A DNA stretch of 64,000 bases from a virus: positions 2,279 through 66,278 of the IMG/VR virus record IMGVR_UViG_3300020157_000004; one strand, given 5' to 3'. The notes beneath the pieces were generated by a model that was not told where the DNA came from, ran no database searches, and saw only the letters and a program-made list of their open reading frames with translations. The translations under genes were made by a program, and so were the position numbers. Below, piece by piece: positions 55,918-64,000 of the stretch (its first letter is position 1; the number at the start of each line of letters is the position of its first letter).

Positions 55918-56622
55918 ATGAAATACAAATTGGTAAACCTAACACTTGGGCAGTTCATCGCCCCGGAAATGTTCGGATCGGAGCCGGTCCCGCAGGCGTT
56001 CACCGCCGCCATGCTGATGCTGATTGGCAACAGCAAGGAGCGCGGGGCTGACGTTGGTATAGATGGAAGCTGGGCGGGGTGCCGCATCGTGATGGCCAGC
56101 GATGAAGCCCTGTGCAATTCAGCAGGCGAGCCGAACATCCGGATGCCGGATGCAACGTATGTGAACCTCTACAACCGGTGCGTGCATGAGCATGGCCCCA
56201 TGATTGAGGAGTCCGATCTGCCAACGGGAATTCGGATCACCGACATCGGCGTGAAGGTTATCACAGCGATGCGAGGCGGGGCGCTGAGCGGAATGCTGGA
56301 CGGTATCGGCGGCATCGCGAGAACATACACTGACGCGGCGGACTGGATGATCGAACAGATGAGCGTGCCGCTCACTGAAGAACCCCCGCCTGAACCGGAA
56401 GAACCCAATGTGGAATTGATTGAGGCCGACCCGATGGCGTTGCCCGTCCTGCCTCCACCACCACCCGAGGAAGCCGACTTGGAACTGCCGCCACCGCCCG
56501 TCATGGAAGTGGAGGATGCGCCGCCTGAAGCCGGGCTGCTCGAACTGCCGCCGCCACCAGATGAGGAACCCGCCCCGAAAAAGAAACGGGCAGGGCGGGC
56601 TGTAAGTTCTGTAACCGTATGA
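55918..56622 (+). CDS. Hypothetical protein with Pro/Glu-rich C-terminus
   Basis: AAGGA RBS, ATG 55918; repeated LELPPPP motifs. Confidence 0.6.
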   Translation: MKYKLVNLTLGQFIAPEMFGSEPVPQAFTAAMLMLIGNSKERGADVGIDGSWAGCRIVMASDEALCNSAGEPNIRMPDATYVNLYNRCVHEHGPMIEESDLPTGIRITDIGVKVITAMRGGALSGMLDGIGGIARTYTDAADWMIEQMSVPLTEEPPPEPEEPNVELIEADPMALPVLPPPPPEEADLELPPPPVMEVEDAPPEAGLLELPPPPDEEPAPKKKRAGRAVSSVTV

Positions 56623-56659
56623 GTATTAAGCAACATAACTGCAACTGAATAACACAAAT

Positions 56660-57106
56660 ATGAAACCAATTGATACGCAGATAATGCAGACGGATAAACG
56701 GATTGTAATGTCGGTTGACCCCACTCTGGGGCATGATCGTCTCCGGGATATTCTTCGGGTGCTTCCCGAGAATGCGGTCACAGTCCTCGGATTTATGTTG
56801 ACGCACAACACCAGGATTCAGATTGCCCTCAATCATGGGGTGACGGCGCAGGACATATTCAAAATATGCCAAGCACCAGAAGGTGAAATCACCAAAGGGG
56901 AGTTTGATAAGAAGGTCTCCCTTATGATGGAGGCGATGGAATACATGGACTCGTGCCTCCTGATTACAAACCTGATCCTTGGCGCTGTGATTAAATCGTG
57001 TGCAGAACCGGACAAGGACGCCGGGCTGGAGGCGGCGAAGCGGTTCATGGAATCAATAGTGGGGGGGGAAGACCCGGACAGTAAGGAGGGGCAAAGTGAG
57101 CAATGA
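56660..57106 (+). CDS. Hypothetical protein
   Basis: 148 aa ATG ORF in operon context. Confidence 0.6.
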   Translation: MKPIDTQIMQTDKRIVMSVDPTLGHDRLRDILRVLPENAVTVLGFMLTHNTRIQIALNHGVTAQDIFKICQAPEGEITKGEFDKKVSLMMEAMEYMDSCLLITNLILGAVIKSCAEPDKDAGLEAAKRFMESIVGGEDPDSKEGQSEQ

Positions 57107-57530
57107 ACTTCCCACGGAAAACGTGGTGTATAGTTACACCCGCAAGCAGGCCATTGAGGACGGTGTTCTCATTGAGCTTAGGGACGACCACGAGTTCAAC
57201 AAGATGCTGATCTACCTTGGCCTGTCACTCCCATCGGTGGTGGTGACAGCGGGTGTGTATGCCGCCGCCGTCGAGCCTTCAGGCAGACCCCTGCCACCGG
57301 AGGTGACACGGGACAAACGGATGCGAGACCTGCTGGTGACAATGCGGGTCCGGATCAACCTCAAGATCGAGGAGTGCAAAAAGAACGGCGAGGAACCACC
57401 CAGCATGGTGGACTTCTCTGTAATGGTGGACGAGGGCACCGACACAAGGAAGGTGGATATGTGGGTGATGGTGGGTCCGGGCGATGACGCCTCACCTGTA
57501 ATGACCATCATGCTGAAAGGGGAGGACTGA
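57096..57530 (+). CDS. DUF6573-like protein
   Basis: YSYTRKQAIEDGVLI and GPGDD..PV.TIML..ED; AAGGAGG RBS. Confidence 0.7.
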   Translation: MSNELPTENVVYSYTRKQAIEDGVLIELRDDHEFNKMLIYLGLSLPSVVVTAGVYAAAVEPSGRPLPPEVTRDKRMRDLLVTMRVRINLKIEECKKNGEEPPSMVDFSVMVDEGTDTRKVDMWVMVGPGDDASPVMTIMLKGED

Positions 57531-57533
57531 GCC

Positions 57534-57971
57534 ATGAGTGAACACAAGACCTGTTCAACCTGCCCGTTCAACCGTTCGGTTGAGCGCGGAGCGTTGGGCG
57601 GAGGAAACGTAATGCAATTCATTGGCCAGGCCAACGGCCCCTTCTACCTGCCCTGTCATGACGTTCCCGGCTACACACCGGAAAACGGAAGGCGCGGGGA
57701 CATGAGGGGCAAGCAGTGCGTCGGGGCTGCAAAGTTCCGGGCCAACCTCGACAAGCAGCAGGACACGGCTGGCATCATGCGGCTGCCCAAAGATACCGAG
57801 ACTGTGTTCGGAACCTTTGCGGAGTTCCTGTCCCATCACGAGAGCGTCGAACTGGAGAAGTGCGAGGCGTTCATGAACAATGTCAAGCCAGACATGATGA
57901 CACAGGTTGAGATGTATCGGGCCGGACGAGGCGGCAGCATCGTGGCAGTCCCGCGAAAGGAGTCGCCATGA
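57534..57971 (+). CDS. Cys/His zinc-binding protein (DUF6283-like)
   Basis: CSTCPF...PCH...CVGA. Confidence 0.55.
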   Translation: MSEHKTCSTCPFNRSVERGALGGGNVMQFIGQANGPFYLPCHDVPGYTPENGRRGDMRGKQCVGAAKFRANLDKQQDTAGIMRLPKDTETVFGTFAEFLSHHESVELEKCEAFMNNVKPDMMTQVEMYRAGRGGSIVAVPRKESP

Positions 57972-58216
57972 CACCCGAGCAGAACGACGCCTTGGTTAAG
58001 AGGGCGGCGGAGGATGCGGAGAAGCTGATGGAGTCCGTGCAATCAACCATCACCAAGTCAGGGGACAGCCTGCCGCTGCTTGAATCACAGATGAAGATAG
58101 TCACCCGGTCTTACGCCGGTCTGTTCGAGGGCATGTATGGGTGCCGGTCTGAATGGGAGATCGTGCAACCACAACCGCAGGAACCACCCTCTGACGAGGA
58201 ACCACCGGAAAGGTAA
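57968..58216 (+). CDS. Hypothetical protein
   Basis: AAGGAG RBS, ATGA overlap. Confidence 0.55.
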   Translation: MTPEQNDALVKRAAEDAEKLMESVQSTITKSGDSLPLLESQMKIVTRSYAGLFEGMYGCRSEWEIVQPQPQEPPSDEEPPER

Positions 58217-58220
58217 ACGC

Positions 58221-58394
58221 ATGGCCAACTCATCACGAACCCCATCCACAAAATCAATGTCGTGCCCGGTCTGCCGGACGCGCACATCACTGACACTGGA
58301 CACCCGGCCATACCCGTCCTGCATTGTCAGACGCAAGAAGTGTGGCAACGGCCACCGCTTCACCACCAGAGAACTAATCACCTCCTTCAAATAG
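58221..58394 (+). CDS. NrdR-like zinc-ribbon protein
   Basis: CPVC..LDTR...RRKKC..GHRFTTRE; no ATP-cone. Confidence 0.7.
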   Translation: MANSSRTPSTKSMSCPVCRTRTSLTLDTRPYPSCIVRRKKCGNGHRFTTRELITSFK

Positions 58395-58416
58395 GAGGGC
58401 AACCACGACTGTAATT

Positions 58417-58704
58417 ATGGACAGCGAAATTCCAATCATGACCTGCATACCAAGGGTGTTCATCAACCTTGGCAATGATGGCTACTGTTTTCGGGACGAG
58501 AACGGAGTTCCTGAATACTTCATTGATAAGGGGGAAGCCATCAGGGAGGCGTTCAACTGGTGGGATGAGTGGTATGAAGCAGAACATCATGAAGGAGAAG
58601 ACAGCAGGGAACTAGACGAAACATACGAGGGCGAGTTGCAGCCGGACGGCTCAATCGTGCTGCTCGACGGAACGGTTATCGCAGTGGACAAAGACCCTCT
58701 GTGA
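58417..58704 (+). CDS. Acidic hypothetical protein
   Basis: 95 aa, very D/E-rich. Confidence 0.5.
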   Translation: MDSEIPIMTCIPRVFINLGNDGYCFRDENGVPEYFIDKGEAIREAFNWWDEWYEAEHHEGEDSRELDETYEGELQPDGSIVLLDGTVIAVDKDPL

Positions 58705-58737
58705 TTGGCAAACAACAAAACAAACATCACTGTAAAT

Positions 58738-58965
58738 ATGAACGAACAACCAGAATCCGGTGCGGGTGCCGCAAGCAATCCAACCGAAGTTAAACCAGTC
58801 AATGAATGTATGTGCCGACATTGCATTGCACACAGGCCGAAGGTGCTTGTCGGGATGATCGTGTGTGAAACCTGCGGAAACAAGCGGTGCCCACACGCCA
58901 CCCACCACCGGCACAAATGCACCAACAGCAATGAAACCGGACAACCCGGAAGCATATACGTATAA
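58738..58965 (+). CDS. Cys/His-rich zinc-finger protein
   Basis: CMCRHC...CETCGNKRCPHATHH..C. Confidence 0.6.
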   Translation: MNEQPESGAGAASNPTEVKPVNECMCRHCIAHRPKVLVGMIVCETCGNKRCPHATHHRHKCTNSNETGQPGSIYV

Positions 58966-58978
58966 GGCGAACAACATT

Positions 58979-59260
58979 ATGAAATGCAACTGTGAAACCT
59001 GCAAAGGAAACGGAAACATCCCGTGCCCGGATTGCAACGGACAGGGAGAATATGATGGAAACATAGAGAGGATAGTCCTTGTTAAAACTATGAAGAATTA
59101 CAGTGAACTGCTGGAGCTTCAACAGGACGCCATCAGGGTTAGAGTCCAAGCCGAGCGGCTGATGGAATTAAACCCATCACGAAAGGACTCCTACTCAGAG
59201 CAACTGGATGGCTGTCTGTCGGTCATCAACAAACAGGCTGACAAGGTGGCCAAGCGTTGA
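58979..59260 (+). CDS. DnaJ-type CxxCxGxG zinc-finger protein
   Basis: CETCKGNG..CPDCNGQG. Confidence 0.6.
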   Translation: MKCNCETCKGNGNIPCPDCNGQGEYDGNIERIVLVKTMKNYSELLELQQDAIRVRVQAERLMELNPSRKDSYSEQLDGCLSVINKQADKVAKR

Positions 59261-59294
59261 CGAATGGCTTCATCCCGTCGCAGCCAAGCTGAAG

Positions 59295-62200
59295 TCAGCG
59301 GCGGCTGCGACGGCTGCGGCTGCGTGATCTGGAGCTTCCGCGACGCACGCTGACTCTTGGGGTGGTGGAACCACCAGTCCGGCGTCTCGAACTACCGGCC
59401 CGGCGTCGCAACCTGCTGACCCGACCGGAACCCGTGTCGGCCAGTTGTTCCACGTCACTGCTTTCAGAGACACCGTCAGGGGACTGAACCTGATTGCGGC
59501 TGCGGCCACCACCGCTCCCTCTTGAGCGAAGCTTCACTCCACCTGTTTGGGTGGAGGACTCTGAATCTAATTCCTCGCCAGCGTCGCGGGTGCGCGCGCG
59601 CGTAGTTCTGGAAGATGATCCACCACCCTCACTCCTTGGCGTCCGGCTTGGTGATGTGTTAATTACAGAGCCGGACGAGTCGGAGAAAAAGGACTCACCC
59701 ATCTGCCATCCACCCAAAGTCTTGCCCCATGCCACCCGCTGTGAAGGGGACAACGCGGCAAGGCGCTGCTCATACTCGGAGTCGGTCAGCGTCTTGCCTC
59801 CGTTAGACCTCGTGGCCGGATTCATTGCCGAGTAGTCGCGACGAACTGCGGCCTCCGCCTTCTTCTCGTCCATCCCACGGTCATGGATGTAGTAGTCGGT
59901 CAACCGCTGCATCTGACGCTTGGCTTCCCTCATGTGCTCCGCTGCCCCGGCGCTGTCGCCCGCAAGCATGGACTCGTGGGCCTGGTAGAGTGCGTCAGCC
60001 CACTTGGTCTTGATGCCGGTGGTGGGTCCGACTGCATACGGGATTGCCTTGGAGGCGTTGCTCTTTGGGTCAACAATCTTTCCCGCCTCCGTCATGGCCG
60101 ACTGTCCAGATACTCTTGACTTATACCCAAGCATCGACCTCAAGTCAGACGCAAGCGGGGCGAACCTGTCCGCGAGACCTTTTATCACAATGTCCCAATC
60201 CTCGGGCGGAAGGACAAAGAATGCGGTCATTGATTTTACAGCATCCGTTATGAGCGTGAGAGGAAGAAGTTTGGACCCAATGTCGAACCCCTTTCCGCCC
60301 TGCTGAATGTTCAGTGCTGTGAGCACGACATCCCCAACCTGACCAAGGTTTGACAACATTGCCGACGCACTGCGAAGCGTGAGTCCGTTACCGTTCCAGA
60401 AGGAGGCATCGCTGGGGATTATCTTTCCGAACTGGTGAAGAACCTTCCGGTCATATTGACCGGGCACTTCAAGGCTCGCGATTCCAAACAGGAAGGCGGC
60501 CAGCCCAAGCATCATTGCAGTGGATAGCGCGTGCGTGAAACGGGATGGATTCGACCGGCCCGCCACAGACCGGAACTCACCGAACAGCTTGCCGGTGTAG
60601 TCAAAGATGTAGCCCCTCAATGAGACGGCAGCCGACAGCATACGGTCGGACTTGATTGCCTGCGCGCGGTTGATTCCGTTCGGTGAATTGATAAGCCCGA
60701 TAATCAATCGCTTGAGGCTGTCCATCTGCGCGTCCGTAAACAACGGAACATCGGCGGTCCCGCCGCCGCTTCTCTGATGGTAGTCAAGCAGGACGTGCTC
60801 CAGCGGTATGCCTGCCATCTGAAGCATTTCCCGGATGTCGGCAGTGTGCTGTAATTTGTCACTGCTAAGGAACCTGCGGGACATATCTTCCGAATTTACA
60901 AGCGTGTCCCTGGTTACTCCCGGACGAGCGCCGTGCAGCAGTGCGGCCCGCTTCAACACCTTGACCAGATTATCAACGATGCCTTTGACCTGTGTGTTGA
61001 GAACGAGGTCCGAATTAGTAAGCCCGAACTTTGACTCTATGCCTTTGGTGGTTCCGGAGAACGCCGCCCCGGCCACCCGCAATGCTTTTCGAGTCTTCGG
61101 GAACGGTGAAAGGAATGAGCGGGAGAGGTCTTGGTCGTCTTGGAACTCGGCAGCTTCACGCAAAGCCTGCCTCACGGTTTCCATAAACGAACCCTTGCGA
61201 CCAAAGCCAAGGCCGCGCACATCCTCGATGCCGTCCTGAATGTATTTGCGATAGAGCGATTCAGCCCACTGAAACACGCTGGCATAGGTTGCCGGATGCT
61301 TGCTCTTCAGATAGCGAAGCGAGCTTTGCAGGCCGGGAACCGAGGCTGCAATTCTGGTGGCATACTTTGAAATCACAGCAGCGGAACCCGCCAGTGATTT
61401 GATGAGGGCAACCGTGCGCCCGAACTCGTTGAGCTTCGAGCTGACCAGATACACCGCTGTCATGCCCTGCGTAATGTTTCGGAGGGCAACCTTCGGACTC
61501 ATCAATAGCGATCTCACAGCAAGTCCGATACCGCCACGAATGACTTTGCCCAGCGGTGAAGGCGTGGTGTCCCGGCGCAGCAACACTTCATTCAGCCTGC
61601 GGACAGCGAAGTGCAACAGCTCCAGTTGAGATAGGCTCCATCCGGTCGGCAGACCAATCGGATTGCCGGGCCTTGTTCCCGGTTCAACCACTGTGATTCT
61701 TGATTGTAGTTCGTGCTCGGCCTGAATCAAAGCCTTGGCCAGTTCCAGAAGCGAAGAGGCCGCTGCCCTCGCTTCCATGCTTCTCGCGTCCTGATCGGTC
61801 AGTGTTCCGTGATCGTAGAACACGCTGGGGAGTTCAAGCAGGCCAGCCTGATTGCTGAATTCGCTGTTCTTATTTACAGTGTCAACGGCTCCAAGGATGT
61901 CCTGCTTCGACTCCACTGCTGGCTGAATTCGCTTGTCTGCCAGCTTCATATACTGGGTCAGCTCGGAGGACACCTCGTTGATGACGGTATCCCTCACCGA
62001 CCTTCCAGTGCCAGTCGGGTATGCGGCCACGAGTGCATCGACCAGCTCACCAACCGTTGCAAACTTCATGCCCCCACCGCTGGCTTCCACCAGTGCGGCC
62101 ACCGATCGCAAGGCAGTCCTCATGTTGCCTGACCGGATGATGGCGAGATCGTCGCGGGTGGAGTCGAGGACGTGCGAGGTGAGCACGTCGAACTTACCGG

Positions 62201-64000
62201 CCAACCCATTCCAACCCTTCACCACCGGGTCGGTTGAAGTCGCCGTCAGGTCGGTGGCAGGCGTGAACGCTGGCAGCTTCAGGAGGTCGGCCAACTGGCT
62301 GGACACTTCCACGCCGTCGGGGTTGATGATGCGCGTGAACTCAAACTTGCCAACACTCGCGGCAAACCGGCTTAGCTGTCGGCCAGCCACTTCCACTCCG
62401 GTTGCCTGATCTCCCCGCTTCTGGTTTACAGTAAGCAGTGCCCTCGTGTATTCGAGCATCCGTTTGAACCACGCCATGTCCTCGGCTGTAATCACATGGC
62501 CGCTTGGCAGGACACTGCCTGCCGCCAATAACGATCCGGCCCGGCGGCCAATGTTACCGGCTTCGTTCTGCATCCGCCGATACAAGTCCATGTTCCCGTT
62601 GAATTCAGGATGGGACTTCAGTGCGGCACTTCGCAGCGCTGGAAGATCGCGTGCCCAGAATCTATCCCGGTTGGATACGGCTGCGATTTCACCCACTGTG
62701 TTTGAGTAGTCGGCGGCCATCGCCTTTGCGCGACCACCCAGAACGCCACCAAGGTTCGATGCCACCTGATGAATCTGCGTCACGAACTCAATGGAGTTCC
62801 ACTTGAGCTGGAGTCGGGAAGGGGAAAGGCTGGTCGAGCTGTCGAAGTTCGACGGGTTGAGCAGCACCGGCAAGTCGTGCTCAAGCACCAGCTTTATCCC
62901 GCGATAGGTGGGCGTGTCGTAGCCAAGTGAGCTTGGCGTGTTGGGGCTTATCCCGCTGACGTAATCTGATTCCGCAGCCTCGTAGCCGGTGACATACCTC
63001 TCCGCGCTGTCACGCCATTGCTCAATGCTTCGCTGAACCTTGTCGGGGAAGCTCTGGAAATTGAAGTCGCTGACTGTGATTGAAACCTCGGGTTGGTCGA
63101 GGCTTCCAATCGAGAACGGTTCGAGTCGAACGCGATCCGCCGCTGATGCCGAGTTGGCAGTTGAGGCGTGGCTGTTCAGCATCCGTTTGTAGTATCCGTT
63201 CAACGCGCTTTCGGACAACTGGCGCAGCCGCCTGAACTCGGGAGATGCCCGCAGCGATTCAAACACACCCACCGCAATGGAGTAGGCGTCGAGGTCGGCC
63301 TTTAGTTTGGCCGCTTCGCGCCCGCTCGCATTCGCCTGTGCCGCCAGCTTTGCCCGCTCCTTGCTCTTCATCCTCACCAAGGAATCGAACATGGTCTTGG
63401 CCGCCTTCTTGTCACCGTTTGAAACGCGCAAGGCAATCTCCGCCAGCTTGTCCATCGGAACGTCACCGCGCTCCTGTTCCACCAAGGTTGTCACGGCATC
63501 CCGGAAAACATCAGAGGATGCCATCATCTTGAAGAGGGTATCGAGCGTGTTCTCCGCCACCCCAAACTCGCCTGAGTGGCCTTGCAGCGGCAGCAACGGT
63601 GCATCGCCAACCGGATCACGCATCCATTCCAGTATCCGCTTGCCCGCCTCAATTGCGGCATCAGGGCTTGGTTCACCCGCCGCCCGGTAGGAGGCGTTGT
63701 CCACGACCGACGCAAGCCTGGAGGCAAACACAGCCACGGCAGACTGGTTCAACCTCAGCCACTCAACCATCTGCGAGTTTATGACATCACCGGTCAGCCC
63801 GCCTTCTCCGGCCATTGCCAGCACAGCATCGGACAGAACCAGCTCTGCAAGGCTGGCGTCTTCCGAAGCTTCGCGTGAACCCGCCATCAGCTTGTTTACC
63901 TTGTCCCGTTTGGCCTTCTCTTCAGCCGTCTGCCGGTCCTTCAGCATCGAGAACGAAAGGTCGATTTGCTGTAATACAGCATTCACCGCGAGGGTGAAGG
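59295..64000 (-). CDS. Giant virion protein, C-terminal part (5'-truncated by window edge), ending in an Arg/Ser-rich tail
   Basis: The frame stays open upstream of the called GTG 63986 to the window edge (..FTLAVNAVL..); helical Ala/Leu-rich body; tail RRGSSRSRSRSRRSRR. Confidence 0.8.
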   Translation of the reverse strand, partial: FTLAVNAVLQQIDLSFSMLKDRQTAEEKAKRDKVNKLMAGSREASEDASLAELVLSDAVLAMAGEGGLTGDVINSQMVEWLRLNQSAVAVFASRLASVVDNASYRAAGEPSPDAAIEAGKRILEWMRDPVGDAPLLPLQGHSGEFGVAENTLDTLFKMMASSDVFRDAVTTLVEQERGDVPMDKLAEIALRVSNGDKKAAKTMFDSLVRMKSKERAKLAAQANASGREAAKLKADLDAYSIAVGVFESLRASPEFRRLRQLSESALNGYYKRMLNSHASTANSASAADRVRLEPFSIGSLDQPEVSITVSDFNFQSFPDKVQRSIEQWRDSAERYVTGYEAAESDYVSGISPNTPSSLGYDTPTYRGIKLVLEHDLPVLLNPSNFDSSTSLSPSRLQLKWNSIEFVTQIHQVASNLGGVLGGRAKAMAADYSNTVGEIAAVSNRDRFWARDLPALRSAALKSHPEFNGNMDLYRRMQNEAGNIGRRAGSLLAAGSVLPSGHVITAEDMAWFKRMLEYTRALLTVNQKRGDQATGVEVAGRQLSRFAASVGKFEFTRIINPDGVEVSSQLADLLKLPAFTPATDLTATSTDPVVKGWNGLAGKFDVLTSHVLDSTRDDLAIIRSGNMRTALRSVAALVEASGGGMKFATVGELVDALVAAYPTGTGRSVRDTVINEVSSELTQYMKLADKRIQPAVESKQDILGAVDTVNKNSEFSNQAGLLELPSVFYDHGTLTDQDARSMEARAAASSLLELAKALIQAEHELQSRITVVEPGTRPGNPIGLPTGWSLSQLELLHFAVRRLNEVLLRRDTTPSPLGKVIRGGIGLAVRSLLMSPKVALRNITQGMTAVYLVSSKLNEFGRTVALIKSLAGSAAVISKYATRIAASVPGLQSSLRYLKSKHPATYASVFQWAESLYRKYIQDGIEDVRGLGFGRKGSFMETVRQALREAAEFQDDQDLSRSFLSPFPKTRKALRVAGAAFSGTTKGIESKFGLTNSDLVLNTQVKGIVDNLVKVLKRAALLHGARPGVTRDTLVNSEDMSRRFLSSDKLQHTADIREMLQMAGIPLEHVLLDYHQRSGGGTADVPLFTDAQMDSLKRLIIGLINSPNGINRAQAIKSDRMLSAAVSLRGYIFDYTGKLFGEFRSVAGRSNPSRFTHALSTAMMLGLAAFLFGIASLEVPGQYDRKVLHQFGKIIPSDASFWNGNGLTLRSASAMLSNLGQVGDVVLTALNIQQGGKGFDIGSKLLPLTLITDAVKSMTAFFVLPPEDWDIVIKGLADRFAPLASDLRSMLGYKSRVSGQSAMTEAGKIVDPKSNASKAIPYAVGPTTGIKTKWADALYQAHESMLAGDSAGAAEHMREAKRQMQRLTDYYIHDRGMDEKKAEAAVRRDYSAMNPATRSNGGKTLTDSEYEQRLAALSPSQRVAWGKTLGGWQMGESFFSDSSGSVINTSPSRTPRSEGGGSSSRTTRARTRDAGEELDSESSTQTGGVKLRSRGSGGGRSRNQVQSPDGVSESSDVEQLADTGSGRVSRLRRRAGSSRRRTGGSTTPRVSVRRGSSRSRSRSRRSRR

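Larger units (their letters stand above)
1..64000. mobile_element. Near-complete temperate podovirus-like bacteriophage genome (circularly permuted, opened within a giant gene)
   Basis: Terminase, portal, scaffold, capsid, tail, integrase and recombination/replication modules are all present. No host housekeeping genes and no tape-measure gene are seen. Both window ends lie inside large minus-strand ORFs. Confidence 0.9.

Noticed and set aside
58738-58800. Possible further attC half-site (..AATCCAACCGAAGTTAAAC)
   Set aside because: Only a GTTRRRY match; no complementary core or L-box partner found.
1-64000. Exact circular join of base 64000 to base 1
   Set aside because: Joining them shifts the giant reading frame and no terminal overlap is visible; extra sequence must lie outside the window.

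Overview
The window looks like almost the whole genome of a temperate, short-tailed (podovirus-like) dsDNA phage, opened inside a giant gene. On the minus strand (1-33 kb) lie the virion genes: portal, scaffold, major capsid, a head-tail adaptor fused to a purple-acid-phosphatase domain, an Ig/vWA protein, three glycosyltransferase/methyltransferase genes, tail nozzle, probable ejection proteins, a beta-helix tail spike and membrane/lipoprotein genes. The terminase large subunit is on the opposite (+) strand. The plus strand (36-59 kb) carries a tyrosine integrase, RecT, a RecE-like exonuclease, SSB, a RusA-like resolvase, DnaB, a replication initiator, MazG-like, an early-gene block and a MoxR-AAA/vWA pair. 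The ORF track misses an open minus-strand frame from 7361 off the left edge (>=2453 codons), which encodes two HExxH metallopeptidase repeats flanking a kinase-like domain; it probably continues as the 5'-truncated 59295-64000 ORF. The best leads are (i) a ~600-nt densely paired non-coding RNA candidate at 47243-47875, (ii) integron attC-like sites and apparent gene cassettes in the phage although its integrase is not IntI-like, (iii) the kinase/peptidase giant protein with nested alternative-frame ORFs, (iv) the adaptor-phosphatase fusion, glycosylation genes and signal-peptide-bearing tail proteins, and (v) an A_AAA_AAG frameshift site. The host is guessed (inference only) to be Verrucomicrobia/PVC. 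All calls come from manual reading; no searches were run.
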